Source: Armatimonadota bacterium | GTDB taxonomy: Bacteria; Vulcanimicrobiota; JACPDS01; JBDRKI01 | DNA: 64,000 nt | Assembly: GCA_043814095.1 (NCBI GenBank) | Contig: JBDRKI010000037.1 | Location: forward strand, 32,272-96,271 | Direction: 5' to 3' | Part shown: positions 32,088 through 41,748 of the stretch, one piece after another | Layout of the letters: every line of letters starts with the position of its first letter | How positions within the stretch are numbered: position 1 is the stretch's first letter | Notes under the pieces: generated by a model | What the model was told of the DNA's origin: nothing | What the model saw: only the letters and a program-made list of their open reading frames with translations | Databases searched by the model: none | Translations under genes and position numbers: made by a program

Positions 32088-32543
32088 ATGTGCGTGTGCT
32101 GTAAAGAGATAAGGTGGGGGAAAGTTTTTATCTCTGCAATTATCTTTGCCGTTATTGACCAGATTGTTCATATAATAGGCGCACACCTTACAATGTCCTA
32201 TTATACGGATCCTGCGATGGCAGGCTTATGGTCTAAGGTAATGATGTCCGCGGAAGGGCCGCCTCCAGCAAGTTTCTTCATATATTCTGTATTACTCAGC
32301 TTTTTAGTTGGTTTTGTGCTTGCTGCTTCTTATGATTTCCTACGACCCAGGCTTGAAAATGCTTCTTTTGCCGGGAAGCTTTTTACATTCTTCTTCTTTG
32401 CGGCAAGTTTATCGGTAGTTATGGGGTATATGCCTATGTATTTATTCATAAATATACCCTTCTTACTTATAGTTGCATGGTTTATACAGACATTAATCTC
32501 ATATTTTATAAATATAATGGTATTTGTGGGTATTTTTAAATAA
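32088..32543 (+). CDS. Hypothetical 4-TM membrane protein
   Basis: AGGAG SD; four hydrophobic segments. Confidence 0.75.
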   Translation: MCVCCKEIRWGKVFISAIIFAVIDQIVHIIGAHLTMSYYTDPAMAGLWSKVMMSAEGPPPASFFIYSVLLSFLVGFVLAASYDFLRPRLENASFAGKLFTFFFFAASLSVVMGYMPMYLFINIPFLLIVAWFIQTLISYFINIMVFVGIFK

Positions 32544-32556
32544 AAGCGGTATACTA

Positions 32557-32585
32557 TTGATATAGTTTAAAGAACCTGATATAAT
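32557..32585 (+). promoter_or_regulatory. sigma70 promoter upstream of the tRNA
   Basis: TTGATA-N17-TATAAT with extended TG. Confidence 0.7.
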
Positions 32586-32658
32586 TGGCCTTGATAATAT
32601 AAGTTAAGATATTACAGGGAATCTGCCAGTATCAACTGACAGATTTTCCATAATACAG

Positions 32659-32734
32659 GGCCCCATCGTCTAGCGGCCTAGGATACCGCCCTCTCAAGGC
32701 GGAGACACGGATTCGAATTCCGTTGGGGCTACCA
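32659..32734 (+). tRNA. tRNA-Glu (anticodon CTC)
   Basis: Acceptor stem GGCCCCA/TGGGGCT; anticodon arm CCGCC-CT-CTC-AA-GGCGG; TTCGAAT T-loop; encoded CCA. Confidence 0.96.
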
Positions 32735-32765
32735 TATAAAAGAATGAAAATTTTAGGAGGAAACG

Positions 32766-32909
32766 ATGGAAGGTTATTGCGTAAAATGTAAAGCAAAAAA
32801 AGAAATGAAAGATGCAAAAGAAGTTGAAATGAAGAATGGCCGTAAGGCCATGCAGGGTAAATGTCCGGACTGCGGTACAGGCATGTATAGAATTTTAGGT
32901 AAAAAGTAG
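32766..32909 (+). CDS. DUF5679-like small basic zinc-ribbon protein (47 aa), absent from the ORF track
   Basis: AGGAGG SD; MEGYCVKCKAKKEMKDAKEVEMKNGRKAMQGKCPDCGTGMYRILGKK. Confidence 0.9.
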   Translation: MEGYCVKCKAKKEMKDAKEVEMKNGRKAMQGKCPDCGTGMYRILGKK

Positions 32910-32939
32910 AAAAACGGTTCGGTAATAAAAAACAAGTAT

Positions 32940-32980
32940 AGTTCGCCGGGGTTAAACTCCGGCGGGCTAAATTTTGTTTT
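32940..32980 (+). terminator. Probable terminator
   Basis: agttcgccgggg..ctccggcgggct hairpin followed by a T-rich run. Confidence 0.6.
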
Positions 32981-33041
32981 CTTTGTATCTTAAAATGTTT
33001 TACTTTTTTTCTAACTAACATTATATCAGGAGCGGTTAAGA

Positions 33042-34355
33042 GTGGATTTTCTGAAAAACGCGCAGACTTTAAACTATATAGTTTCCGTATTCATATTTTT
33101 TACAGCTTTTGTAGTTATATTTTCCGAGAAGATACACAGGACAATTGTTGCCCTTGCGGGCGCTATGCTTATGCTTCTTGTCGGAAAATTGATGGGCTTC
33201 TACAACGAACACCACGCCTTAAGTTCAATTGATTTTAATACACTCGGGCTTCTTCTGGGCATGATGATACTGCTTGCTCTTTTAAAAGAGACGGGTGTTC
33301 TTGAGTTTATAGCCATATGGGTGGCGCAGAGAACAAAAGGCAGTCCCTGGCGGCTTATGGTTATGCTGGGGCTTGTAACCTCCGTACTCTCAATGTTTTT
33401 GGATAATGTAACCACCGTAATTTTAATCGCGCCCATAACTGTTTTTATAGCACAGAAGATAAAGATAAATCCTGTTCCGCTTCTTTTATCTGAAGCGCTT
33501 CTTTCAAACATAGGCGGTGTATCAACACTTGTGGGTGATCCTCCCAATATACTAATAGGTACGGCGGCGAATATAAGCTTTAATGCGTTTTTAATATATC
33601 TCGGGCCTATAGTCGCCGTTACATGGATAATATCCATGTTCCTGTTAAAGAAAATATTTAAACAGGACTTAAAAGCTAAACCTGATCTTGAAGAATTAAT
33701 GAAGATGAATCCCAGAGAAGCTTTAAAAGATAATGCAAAGCTTAAGAGAACCTTATTCTGTCTTTTCCTTGTTATAATATTATTCTTTTTGCACAGCAGC
33801 TGGCATCTTTCGCCTTCATTTGTCGCCTTTTTCGGCGCCGCGCTTGCGCTTATACTCGTAAGGCCTAAAAATCTTGATGAGATATTAAATGATGTGGAAT
33901 GGGGAGTCCTTATATTCTTCGCGGCATTATTCGTTATTGTGGGAGGGCTCGAAGCATCAGGTGTTTTAAAACTTTTAGGAAACAGTATACTGGGCTACGC
34001 CGAAAGCAATCTACTGCTTACGACGATAATAATGCTCTGGGGCGCAAGTATAATATCAGCTTTAGTTGATAATATACCGTTTACAATGGCCGTTATCCCC
34101 CTTATACAGTATATGGGAAGCCAGGGTATAAATATTGCTCCTTTATGGTGGGCACTGGCACTCGGTGCGGGCTTCGGAGGAAACGGTACCCCGATTGGCG
34201 CTACAGCTAATGTTGTGGTTATAAATTTAAGCGAGAAGATAGGCAAACCCATAACATTTAAAAAATGGATTCAGTCAGGTGCTATTATTACACTTATATC
34301 CTGTATCCTTGCTACTTTATGGATGATACTTCTGTTTAAATTAATGAAGTGGTAA
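33042..34355 (+). CDS. ArsB/NhaD (SLC13-like) anion/cation permease
   Basis: FLDNVTTV, TLVGDPPN, VDNIPF and GGNGTPIGATANV motifs. Confidence 0.9.
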   Translation: MDFLKNAQTLNYIVSVFIFFTAFVVIFSEKIHRTIVALAGAMLMLLVGKLMGFYNEHHALSSIDFNTLGLLLGMMILLALLKETGVLEFIAIWVAQRTKGSPWRLMVMLGLVTSVLSMFLDNVTTVILIAPITVFIAQKIKINPVPLLLSEALLSNIGGVSTLVGDPPNILIGTAANISFNAFLIYLGPIVAVTWIISMFLLKKIFKQDLKAKPDLEELMKMNPREALKDNAKLKRTLFCLFLVIILFFLHSSWHLSPSFVAFFGAALALILVRPKNLDEILNDVEWGVLIFFAALFVIVGGLEASGVLKLLGNSILGYAESNLLLTTIIMLWGASIISALVDNIPFTMAVIPLIQYMGSQGINIAPLWWALALGAGFGGNGTPIGATANVVVINLSEKIGKPITFKKWIQSGAIITLISCILATLWMILLFKLMKW

Positions 34356-34357
34356 TA

Positions 34358-34876
34358 TTATTTTTCGCAACCTTTTTCATAGATTTTTTTATCTTCAAAT
34401 ATGTCATAGGTTTTTAAAAAAAGCAGTTGAACTTTTGCGGCTTCAAAACTTAACTTATTCTTTATTTTATTATCATCACATTTTATTACCGCATCATTCA
34501 AACTGTCCAGGAAATCTTTAATCTCGGCTTTAGTCGGTTTTTTCGCTACATCTTCTTTAGTAATAACCCAGCCTTTACCAATACGGGATTCCTTTGCCTT
34601 TCTGTCAATTGCGCCTATTTTTTCTTTTGGCCTGTAAAAATATCTTGTTTTATACCTTTTAATTATTGTTGCGTCTTTAGGATAAGCTACTCTTATTAGT
34701 TTTTCTTTAATATGCTCAATCTGTGTAATTTTACCGTTTGTTATATATATATTAAAACATTTATGGTGGTTTCGATCATGTTCTAAGATGATTGATTTTA
34801 CGGTAGAGGTTTTTTTCTTTTTTGAACTGCCTATACCGGAATTTGAATTTAATGCTGGTAAAGAATTAATGTTCAT
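34358..34876 (-). CDS. Orphan protein, paralog of 34892-35422
   Basis: KITQIE, YKTRYFYRP...IDR and FLDSLNDAVIKC align to the neighbour. Confidence 0.7.
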   Translation of the reverse strand: MNINSLPALNSNSGIGSSKKKKTSTVKSIILEHDRNHHKCFNIYITNGKITQIEHIKEKLIRVAYPKDATIIKRYKTRYFYRPKEKIGAIDRKAKESRIGKGWVITKEDVAKKPTKAEIKDFLDSLNDAVIKCDDNKIKNKLSFEAAKVQLLFLKTYDIFEDKKIYEKGCEK

Positions 34877-34891
34877 TTTAAAATTCTTCCT

Positions 34892-35422
34892 TTATCTTGA
34901 TTCCGGTCCGAAAATAAAAATCTTTAAATGGTTAAGCTTTATTTCGGCAGATTTTTCCTGTAAAGCTTTTTTAAATTCCGGATTTTTACATTTTTTCACG
35001 GCTTCATCAAGAATATTTATGAAATAAGCGACACTAACTTCATCCATTTCTTTTCTGTATTCCCGTGCACTTTTATTATCTGATCCCCATGGCGAGTCAG
35101 TTGCTCTATCAACTTCCATAACTTTTGTTGAAGGAATATATCTGTAGGTTGCTTTGTAAACCCCCGGGAGGGCGGTTGCCAGGATTCCCTCATCACACAT
35201 TTCTTTGACGATCCAGCCGGATTTGAACTCGATTTTTGTAATTTTATTATTTACATGAAAAACATATACATCTTCCATATGTATAGATTTTCCGCCTTCA
35301 ACTTCTTTATGGCTTATAGGGATTCCAACTTTTTCTTCTTTATCTTTATTTTCTATTTTACCGGTTTTTGCTTCCTTTATAATATTAGGAACCACATTTT
35401 TAATATCAGCTACTGTATTCAT
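34892..35422 (-). CDS. Orphan protein (start re-assigned to ATG 35422)
   Basis: GGGGG SD before ATG 35422; the ORF-track extension overlaps the -10 box and operator. Confidence 0.7.
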   Translation of the reverse strand: MNTVADIKNVVPNIIKEAKTGKIENKDKEEKVGIPISHKEVEGGKSIHMEDVYVFHVNNKITKIEFKSGWIVKEMCDEGILATALPGVYKATYRYIPSTKVMEVDRATDSPWGSDNKSAREYRKEMDEVSVAYFINILDEAVKKCKNPEFKKALQEKSAEIKLNHLKIFIFGPESR

Positions 35423-35452
35423 AGAATACCCCCGATTATATATTCTATATGC

Positions 35453-35502
35453 ATTATAACATATGCATATATATATGTATGTTAACAAAATGTTAACATT
35501 TT
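35453..35502 (-). promoter_or_regulatory. GTTAAC-N5-GTTAAC operator plus extended -10
   Basis: Minus strand GTTAAC-atttt-GTTAAC, 22 nt, then TATAAT (35453-35458) preceded by TGT. Confidence 0.75.
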
Positions 35503-35534
35503 ATACCTTATAGATTAGTCAAAAAGTACGGAAA

Positions 35535-35600
35535 GTTAACAAATTTTTAACATTTTGTTAATATTTTGGCAACAAATAAAAGATGCTTTTATGCTATACT
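35535..35600 (+). promoter_or_regulatory. Four-unit 11-bp operator array plus extended -10
   Basis: GTTAAC-aaatt-TTTAAC-atttt-GTTAAT-atttt-GGCAAC, 21 nt, then TATACT preceded by TGC. Confidence 0.75.
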
Positions 35601-35722
35601 ATAAGCAGGTAAACAGTAATATTTACAACCTTTTGTTATTATAAAAATATTGTTAAATAATGATTTTTACCTATTTGTAAACGCTTTTTGTCTCCTGAAG
35701 CTTAAGAGTAAAGGATAAGGAT

Positions 35723-36379
35723 ATGACACCGGAATACTACCAGAAGAAAATAAAGCGGCTGGAGGGCAAGAATAAGAAACTGCGCGGGTCCCTGCATAAG
35801 ATTAATTATGAGATAGTGGGTCTTTTGCAGGATGTTTTTTCCATAATGGACGGGCATGAAGATTCTCATTCAAACAGGGTCGCATTTTATTCTATTATAA
35901 TAGCCAGAAAGCTCAGGGAATTATATCCGGGCATTACGGCTAATATAACCCGTGATGCGGTATGCTTCCATGATCTGGGCAAGATAGGCATACCCCATGA
36001 GATATTATTAAAGCCGTCTGAGCTTACGGATGAAGAGTTCCAGAAAATTAAAAAACATACCATAATAGGCAGTAAGATCGTAGGCAGGATAAAATCATTC
36101 CAGAATAATTTAGATGTTATTAAATTCCATCATGAAAGATGGGACGGGGAGGGTTATCCTTTAGGATTAGAGGGGGAGAAGATACCTCTTTCGGCAAGAA
36201 TACTTGCCGTGGCTGACGCTTTTGATGCCATGACATCACAGAGGCCTTACAGGGATAAGATGTCTCCCGAAGAGGCAAAGGAAGAGATTCTAGCTAATTC
36301 CGGCACGCAGTTTGATCCCAGGATTGTTGAAGCGTTTCTGGCGGCATGGGATGAAATTTTAATAAGATGCAATAATTAA
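35723..36379 (+). CDS. HD-GYP domain phosphodiesterase (c-di-GMP-type)
   Basis: HSNRV, HDLGKIG, HHERWDGEGYP and ADAFDAMT..RPYR motifs. Confidence 0.92.
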   Translation: MTPEYYQKKIKRLEGKNKKLRGSLHKINYEIVGLLQDVFSIMDGHEDSHSNRVAFYSIIIARKLRELYPGITANITRDAVCFHDLGKIGIPHEILLKPSELTDEEFQKIKKHTIIGSKIVGRIKSFQNNLDVIKFHHERWDGEGYPLGLEGEKIPLSARILAVADAFDAMTSQRPYRDKMSPEEAKEEILANSGTQFDPRIVEAFLAAWDEILIRCNN

Positions 36380-36418
36380 ATAGTATAAAATTAATACGAT
36401 AGTAATGAAAAATATCTT

Positions 36419-36444
36419 AAAAAGCAGTTTAAATACTGCTTTTT
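36419..36444 (+). terminator. Intrinsic terminator
   Basis: aaaaagcagt-ttaaat-actgcttttt. Confidence 0.7.
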
Positions 36445-36464
36445 AATTTTATAAGGGAGGAAAT

Positions 36465-36492
36465 GTTAACAATAATTTAACATTTTGTTAAC
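36465..36492 (+). promoter_or_regulatory. Three-unit 11-bp GTTAAC operator array
   Basis: GTTAAC-aataa-TTTAAC-atttt-GTTAAC; TATAAT at 36506 and 36526. Confidence 0.75.
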
Positions 36493-36567
36493 ATTAAATG
36501 CTTGATATAATTAGGGATTGTGTAATATAATGATAGATGTAAAATTTATTTTAAGGGGGAAATAGAT

Positions 36568-37095
36568 ATGATAAATGCAATTCCGACTGTAGGAGCAGGC
36601 AGTATCTTCGCGGATAAGGGTAATGGTTCGATTATTGAGGAAACAATAAATATTAAAGGCGGAAAGTATTACACAGGACCGGGAACGGTTAAGGTGAAAT
36701 ACAGCAAAAAAACAGGTGCATATTTATTTGAATTTAAAGGAAGAAACCCTGACCTTACCGAGGGATTTACGGCCAAATTTAATTTGGTGACTCACAAACT
36801 TGAAGTTAAGCGCTATAAATTAAATAATAATAAGCCTGTGGATAAGAAAAAATTTGAAGATGTGGTACATATTCCTGAATGCAGAGGCCAGGAAAAATAT
36901 TATGTTAATACATATCTGGAACAAGCCAGGGAGATTACGAAAGATAATAAAGTTAAGGAAATGATAGATAAAACATTAGATGTTATAGCAAGAAAAAAAA
37001 TAAGCAAGCTTGAAATTGAATATGAAAAAGGGATACAAAATGAACCTAAGTATAAGAAAGCTTACCATGAAGCGTTAAAAAAATGGTTTAAATAA
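36568..37095 (+). CDS. Orphan hypothetical protein (MIN- start)
   Basis: GGGGGA SD; 175-aa ORF. Confidence 0.7.
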   Translation: MINAIPTVGAGSIFADKGNGSIIEETINIKGGKYYTGPGTVKVKYSKKTGAYLFEFKGRNPDLTEGFTAKFNLVTHKLEVKRYKLNNNKPVDKKKFEDVVHIPECRGQEKYYVNTYLEQAREITKDNKVKEMIDKTLDVIARKKISKLEIEYEKGIQNEPKYKKAYHEALKKWFK

Positions 37096-37101
37096 TTTTA
37101 A

Positions 37102-37126
37102 AGGAAACCTGTAATAAAAAAAGAAT
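37102..37126 (+). promoter_or_regulatory. sigma-H-like promoter upstream of gatB
   Basis: AGGA-N17-GAAT; overlaps hairpin 37116-37151. Confidence 0.5.
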
Positions 37127-37151
37127 AATCTTAAAAGGTTATTCTTTTTTT
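37116..37151 (+). terminator. Terminator of the 36568 orphan gene
   Basis: aaaaaaagaataatc...ggttattcttttttt. Confidence 0.6.
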
Positions 37152-37201
37152 ATATTATAAACGGCTGTTTAAATAAATAAAGACAGAGCAGGATTAATAA
37201 T

Positions 37202-38635
37202 ATGGACTTTATTACGGCAATAGGGCTTGAGATTCATGTTGAACTGAAAACAGAATCCAAGCTTTTCTGCGGCTGCAGGAACAAATTTACCAGAGACCCG
37301 AATACAAATGTCTGCCCGGTCTGTCTGGGGTATCCGGGGGTGCTTCCTGTTGTAAATGAAAAAGCGGTAGAACTTCTTATTAGGTCAGCTCTTTCTTTGA
37401 ATTGTAGTATTGCTTCTTTCAGCAAGTTTGACAGGAAGAACTATTTTTATCCGGATATGCCTAAAAACTACCAGGTCTCACAGTATGATATGCCTCTCGC
37501 GGAGAACGGCTATATTACGGTCGGGGATAAAAAGATAAGGATAAAAAGAATACATTTAGAGGAAGATACCGGTAAATCCGTTCATAAAGGCACAATTGAT
37601 AAATCCGAATATACCCTGGAAGATTATAATAGAGCCGGTGTGCCTCTTATGGAGATTGTAACAGAACCCGATATCTTCTCTCCGGAAGAAGCTTATGAGT
37701 TTTTAACTAAACTGAAAAAGATCCTGGAATGGATAGGGGTAAGCGACTGCAGGATGGAAGAGGGCTCGTTAAGATGCGACGCAAACATATCGGTCAGAGA
37801 TAAAGAAAAGAGTTTGTCGGATATTAATTATAAGGTTGAGATAAAAAATATGAATTCGTTTAAATCCGTCCTTAAGGCACTCTCCTATGAACAGGAAAGA
37901 CAGACTGGAATTTTAAAAGATAACGGGGTAATTGATCAGTCAACGCGCGGGTGGGATGAAGATAAGCAGATTACATTTCTGATGCGCAGCAAAGAAGAAG
38001 TTCATGATTACAGGTATTTTCCCGAGCCGGATCTTCTGCCCATGGAGATAAGCGGCGAATGGATAAACAGGATAAAAGAAGATATATTTGAACTTCCGGA
38101 GGAGACTTCTAAAAGATTTATTGAAAAATACGGCTTGAATGAATATGATTCATCCATATTGATTCAATCTGTTGAATTTTCAAGATTTTTTGAAGAAGCG
38201 GTAAGGAATTATCCCGAACCCAAGATTATATGCAACTGGCTTACCCAGGATATATCAAAAGTACTTAATGATAAAGGTATAGATCTTGGAAGTTCAGCTC
38301 TTAAGGTAGACAACTTTATAAAACTGCTTAACCTTATCAAAAAAGGAGTAATAAGCGGTAAGATAGCGAAGGATATAATAACGGATATTATTGAAGGAAA
38401 AGACCCGGAAGAAGTGATAAAAGAAAAAAATCTGGCTGTTATATCCGACAGCGGCGAGGTTGAGAAAATAATAGATAAGGTTTTAGATGATAACACGGAC
38501 TCTGTGGAAAAGTATAAAAAGGGGCACGAGAAAGTATTTGTTTTTTTAGTCGGACAGATTATGAAAGAGTCCCGGGGTAAAGCCGATCCTAAATCTGTAA
38601 ATGAATTATTAAAGAAAAAACTGGAGCGGAGGTAA
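37202..38635 (+). CDS. gatB: Asp-tRNA(Asn)/Glu-tRNA(Gln) amidotransferase subunit B
   Basis: IGLEIHVEL, FDRKNYFYPD, GSLRCDANIS and DYRYFPEPDL motifs. Confidence 0.98.
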   Translation: MDFITAIGLEIHVELKTESKLFCGCRNKFTRDPNTNVCPVCLGYPGVLPVVNEKAVELLIRSALSLNCSIASFSKFDRKNYFYPDMPKNYQVSQYDMPLAENGYITVGDKKIRIKRIHLEEDTGKSVHKGTIDKSEYTLEDYNRAGVPLMEIVTEPDIFSPEEAYEFLTKLKKILEWIGVSDCRMEEGSLRCDANISVRDKEKSLSDINYKVEIKNMNSFKSVLKALSYEQERQTGILKDNGVIDQSTRGWDEDKQITFLMRSKEEVHDYRYFPEPDLLPMEISGEWINRIKEDIFELPEETSKRFIEKYGLNEYDSSILIQSVEFSRFFEEAVRNYPEPKIICNWLTQDISKVLNDKGIDLGSSALKVDNFIKLLNLIKKGVISGKIAKDIITDIIEGKDPEEVIKEKNLAVISDSGEVEKIIDKVLDDNTDSVEKYKKGHEKVFVFLVGQIMKESRGKADPKSVNELLKKKLERR

Positions 38636-38637
38636 AA

Positions 38638-40581
38638 ATGATACAGGAAGATCTGGATCTTGCGTTAGTTCCTTTAGATGAAGCCCAGGAGCGCTGGAGC
38701 AGTGAAATAGATTTTAAAGACTGCGCCAAGCTTGCTCCGGAAGAGAAAATTAAGGTTGAAGACTCCCTGGACAGGATAACAGCCGAGAATGTTATGGCAA
38801 AAGTCTCATATCCGCATTTCTTCATGTCGGGAATAGACGGTATCGCCGTAAGCTCCGTACTTACATATAACGCTTCACCCGCAACCCCTGTGCAGTTAAA
38901 GATGGGCGAAGCCGGCTATTTTGTTGATAACGGCAGGCAGCTGCCGGCGGGATGCGATGCTGTTATACCGATAGAAAGAGTTAAATTTCATTCCCTGGAA
39001 CTTATTGAGATAACCGATAAAGTCACGCCATGGGAGAATATAAGGCCGATAGGTCAGGAAGTAGCGAAACAGGAGATCATCATACCTAAAAACTCCAGGA
39101 TAAGAAGCTTTGATATAGGAGCCATGCTTTCAAGCGGTGTGGATAAAATAAAGGTGCGGAAAAAGCCCAAAATAGGCATTATTTCCGTTGGCGACAACCT
39201 GATTCCGCCGGGGGATACGTTAGAGCCCGGATCCCTTTACGAATCCACCTCATATATCCTTTCTAATATTATCAAGGATCACGGAGCTTTATCCGGTATA
39301 TATTCGATATCACAGGAAAACCTGGAAGATTTAAATAAGATTGTTTCAAAAGCCGTTGAAAAAGAAGATATGGTAATAATTATCGCGGGATGCGCCAGGG
39401 GCACGAATTTAGTAGCGGATCTTATGTTAAAAGCCGGCGAGCTCGCGGTTTTCGGTACATGTATGAAGCCGGGTCAGTCTGTTTGCGCCGGTTTTATAAG
39501 CGATAAATGCGTAATAGGGGTTCCTCATTTCCCGTTCTCCGCTTATATCGCTTTTGAATCCTTTATTCTGCCGGTTATCCTGAGAATGCAGGGTGTATCC
39601 GCGGCATCAAAGGAAAAAGCCAATGCGGTACTTGCCAGTATTGTAAATTCACCCATAGGCATTGATGAATTTATAAGGGTTCAGCTTGTAAACGTGGGAA
39701 CAAAAATGATAGCAGTTCCGATGTCCAGGGGGGCGGAGCTTCTTATGTCCCTTGTTAAAGCGGACGGTATGCTTAAAATATCAAGCGAGATTTCAAAAAT
39801 TAACGCCGGTTCAATAGTTGAAGTTGATCTTCTGACAAACAGGGCAAATATAGACAAAAACCTTATAATGATGGGCACCTATGACTTTATATGGCAGATT
39901 ATCAGGAACCTCATATATAAACTGGGACATAAAGTCAACCTGCATACATACAATATAGGAAGCAGGCAGGGATTAAAAGCTCTGAAAGACGGGTTAAACC
40001 ATTTTTCCGGCATCCACATGTTTGACAGTAAATCAGGGGAATTCAACACGCCTTTTGTAAAAGATTATTTAGATGACGTGCCGGTAATAATGGTTAATTT
40101 GTTTAACAGGTTAATCGGCCTTGTCGTAAAGCAGGGTAATCCCAAAAATATTAACGGGTTTGAAGATCTTATAAGGGAAGATGTTAAATTTGTGAACAGG
40201 AATGTCGGATCGGGCACTCGTTCAATATTTGATCACGCATTAATGAAGAGCGGGATCGGTTCCCAGCAGATAAGCGGGTATAACGAAGAAATAAATAACC
40301 ATATGGCGGCTGCTCAGGTTATAGCAAGTTCTTCGGCTGACGCGGCTTTGGGCATATACATGAGCGCGAAAGCGCTGGATCTTGATTTTATACCCGTTGA
40401 AGCAATGACGGAAAGATATGATATTGTCATACCTAAAAAATTCCTTAATGATCATAAAATACAGGTACTGCTGCACCTTTTAAATTCAAAATCGTTTAAA
40501 AAAGAAGTTAAAGATTTAAAAGGTTATGATTTTTCAAATATCGGCAAAGTTTATTACGATTCTGACGAGAAGTGGCAGTAA
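38638..40581 (+). CDS. moeA: Molybdopterin biosynthesis MoeA fused to a PBP-like substrate-binding domain
   Basis: DGIAV, PAGCDAVI, ENIRPIG, MKPG; C-terminal FVNRNVGSGTR, ERYD. Confidence 0.85.
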   Translation: MIQEDLDLALVPLDEAQERWSSEIDFKDCAKLAPEEKIKVEDSLDRITAENVMAKVSYPHFFMSGIDGIAVSSVLTYNASPATPVQLKMGEAGYFVDNGRQLPAGCDAVIPIERVKFHSLELIEITDKVTPWENIRPIGQEVAKQEIIIPKNSRIRSFDIGAMLSSGVDKIKVRKKPKIGIISVGDNLIPPGDTLEPGSLYESTSYILSNIIKDHGALSGIYSISQENLEDLNKIVSKAVEKEDMVIIIAGCARGTNLVADLMLKAGELAVFGTCMKPGQSVCAGFISDKCVIGVPHFPFSAYIAFESFILPVILRMQGVSAASKEKANAVLASIVNSPIGIDEFIRVQLVNVGTKMIAVPMSRGAELLMSLVKADGMLKISSEISKINAGSIVEVDLLTNRANIDKNLIMMGTYDFIWQIIRNLIYKLGHKVNLHTYNIGSRQGLKALKDGLNHFSGIHMFDSKSGEFNTPFVKDYLDDVPVIMVNLFNRLIGLVVKQGNPKNINGFEDLIREDVKFVNRNVGSGTRSIFDHALMKSGIGSQQISGYNEEINNHMAAAQVIASSSADAALGIYMSAKALDLDFIPVEAMTERYDIVIPKKFLNDHKIQVLLHLLNSKSFKKEVKDLKGYDFSNIGKVYYDSDEKWQ

Positions 40582-40662
40582 AAATATATATTGACAAATT
40601 TACCGCTTTATTATATATAAAGTAATGATGTTAGCTTTTTTATTATACGGAGTTGTTATCAG

Positions 40663-40956
40663 ATGCCTATATACCAGTATAAATGCGCAAAATGCGGCAA
40701 TTTTGAAGAAAAGTTTCAGAAAATAGGGGATCAACCTTTAAAAAAATGTAAAGCCTGCGGCGGCAAACTGGAGAAGGTTATATCTCCCATAGGTATAATA
40801 TTTAAAGGCGGCGGTTTTCACGTAACCGATTACAGTAGAGGAAAATCAGGAGGGGATGTAGAAGCTTCAGATAAAAAGAAAGATGCTATTAAAAAAGAAG
40901 ATAAAACAAAAAAAGAAAAAGAGAACAAAGACAAAAAAGGTAAAAAAGAAGATTAA
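40663..40956 (+). CDS. FmdB family zinc-ribbon protein
   Basis: MPIYQYKCAKCG...CKACGG...IFKGGGFHVTDY. Confidence 0.92.
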   Translation: MPIYQYKCAKCGNFEEKFQKIGDQPLKKCKACGGKLEKVISPIGIIFKGGGFHVTDYSRGKSGGDVEASDKKKDAIKKEDKTKKEKENKDKKGKKED

Positions 40957-41595
40957 ATGTTTAAAAAAATTATAAAGTATATTGAACGGATATCCGTTAA
41001 GAACATAGATGTTGATTATAAAGACGATAAGCTTAACGTAAAGTTAGACAACCTGTCTTTAAACGCTCAGGGGAATCCCGACCTGGTAATTAAAAAACTG
41101 GTGCTTGCGGATCTTTTTCCGAAGAAAACAAAAAAAGCCGAAGGTAGTCCCTTGTTCCGTTTTGAGGGGATTGATGTTTTAATCAGTCAGAATTTTATCA
41201 CATCTATATTAAATATAATTTTTGCTAAAATAAGGTTTATTGATTACTTGAAGTTCAGGATAGATAATTCCAAACTTATACTTAAAGGCGCGGTTAAAAA
41301 ATATATACTCTTCCCGTTTTATATTGAACTGGATTTTAACCAGTTGAAAAATTTCTTATGCATTGAATTTAAAAGCTTATGGCTTATGGATATACTGCCT
41401 TTTCCGACATTTACCTTGAAAAGGATTTTTAAGTTTATAGATGATAAAATGAACCTGCCTTTTATGGCTTTTGAGGGCAACAGGGTTTTTATAGATTTTG
41501 AAAAAATTGAATATTTTAAGAAAAACAACCTTATATTAAGAAAAATAAGGTTTTCCGAGGGTTTTATAAATTTAGTCGTAGATGTTGATAAATAG
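40957..41595 (+). CDS. Hypothetical protein
   Basis: 212-aa ORF directly abutting the FmdB gene. Confidence 0.65.
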   Translation: MFKKIIKYIERISVKNIDVDYKDDKLNVKLDNLSLNAQGNPDLVIKKLVLADLFPKKTKKAEGSPLFRFEGIDVLISQNFITSILNIIFAKIRFIDYLKFRIDNSKLILKGAVKKYILFPFYIELDFNQLKNFLCIEFKSLWLMDILPFPTFTLKRIFKFIDDKMNLPFMAFEGNRVFIDFEKIEYFKKNNLILRKIRFSEGFINLVVDVDK

Positions 41596-41613
41596 CCGGA
41601 TATTTGTTAGAAT
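41585..41613 (+). promoter_or_regulatory. sigma70 promoter
   Basis: TTGATA-N17-TAGAAT with extended TG. Confidence 0.65.
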
Positions 41614-41628
41614 ATCTGTAATAAAAAG

Positions 41629-41748
41629 TTTCCGAGGCATAAGGACTTGTACCCAAATTTGAAGACTTTATCCCGGGGGTCCGGGAGGGTGGTTCAAAAA
41701 GGTTTGCCAAGGATGTGAAGACAAGTCCACAAAATCTTTGGAAAGGAG
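41629..41748 (+). ncRNA. Candidate structured 5' leader (cis-regulatory RNA)
   Basis: Nested stems 41629-37/41736-44, 41643-50/41721-28, 41658-63/41693-98, 41671-76/41681-86. Confidence 0.5.

Noticed and set aside
32632-33021. 129-aa minus-strand ORF
   Set aside because: Antisense to tRNA-Glu and the 47-aa gene.
32659-37200. tRNA-anchored genomic island
   Set aside because: No integrase, and no duplicated tRNA 3' end (att site) noticed downstream.
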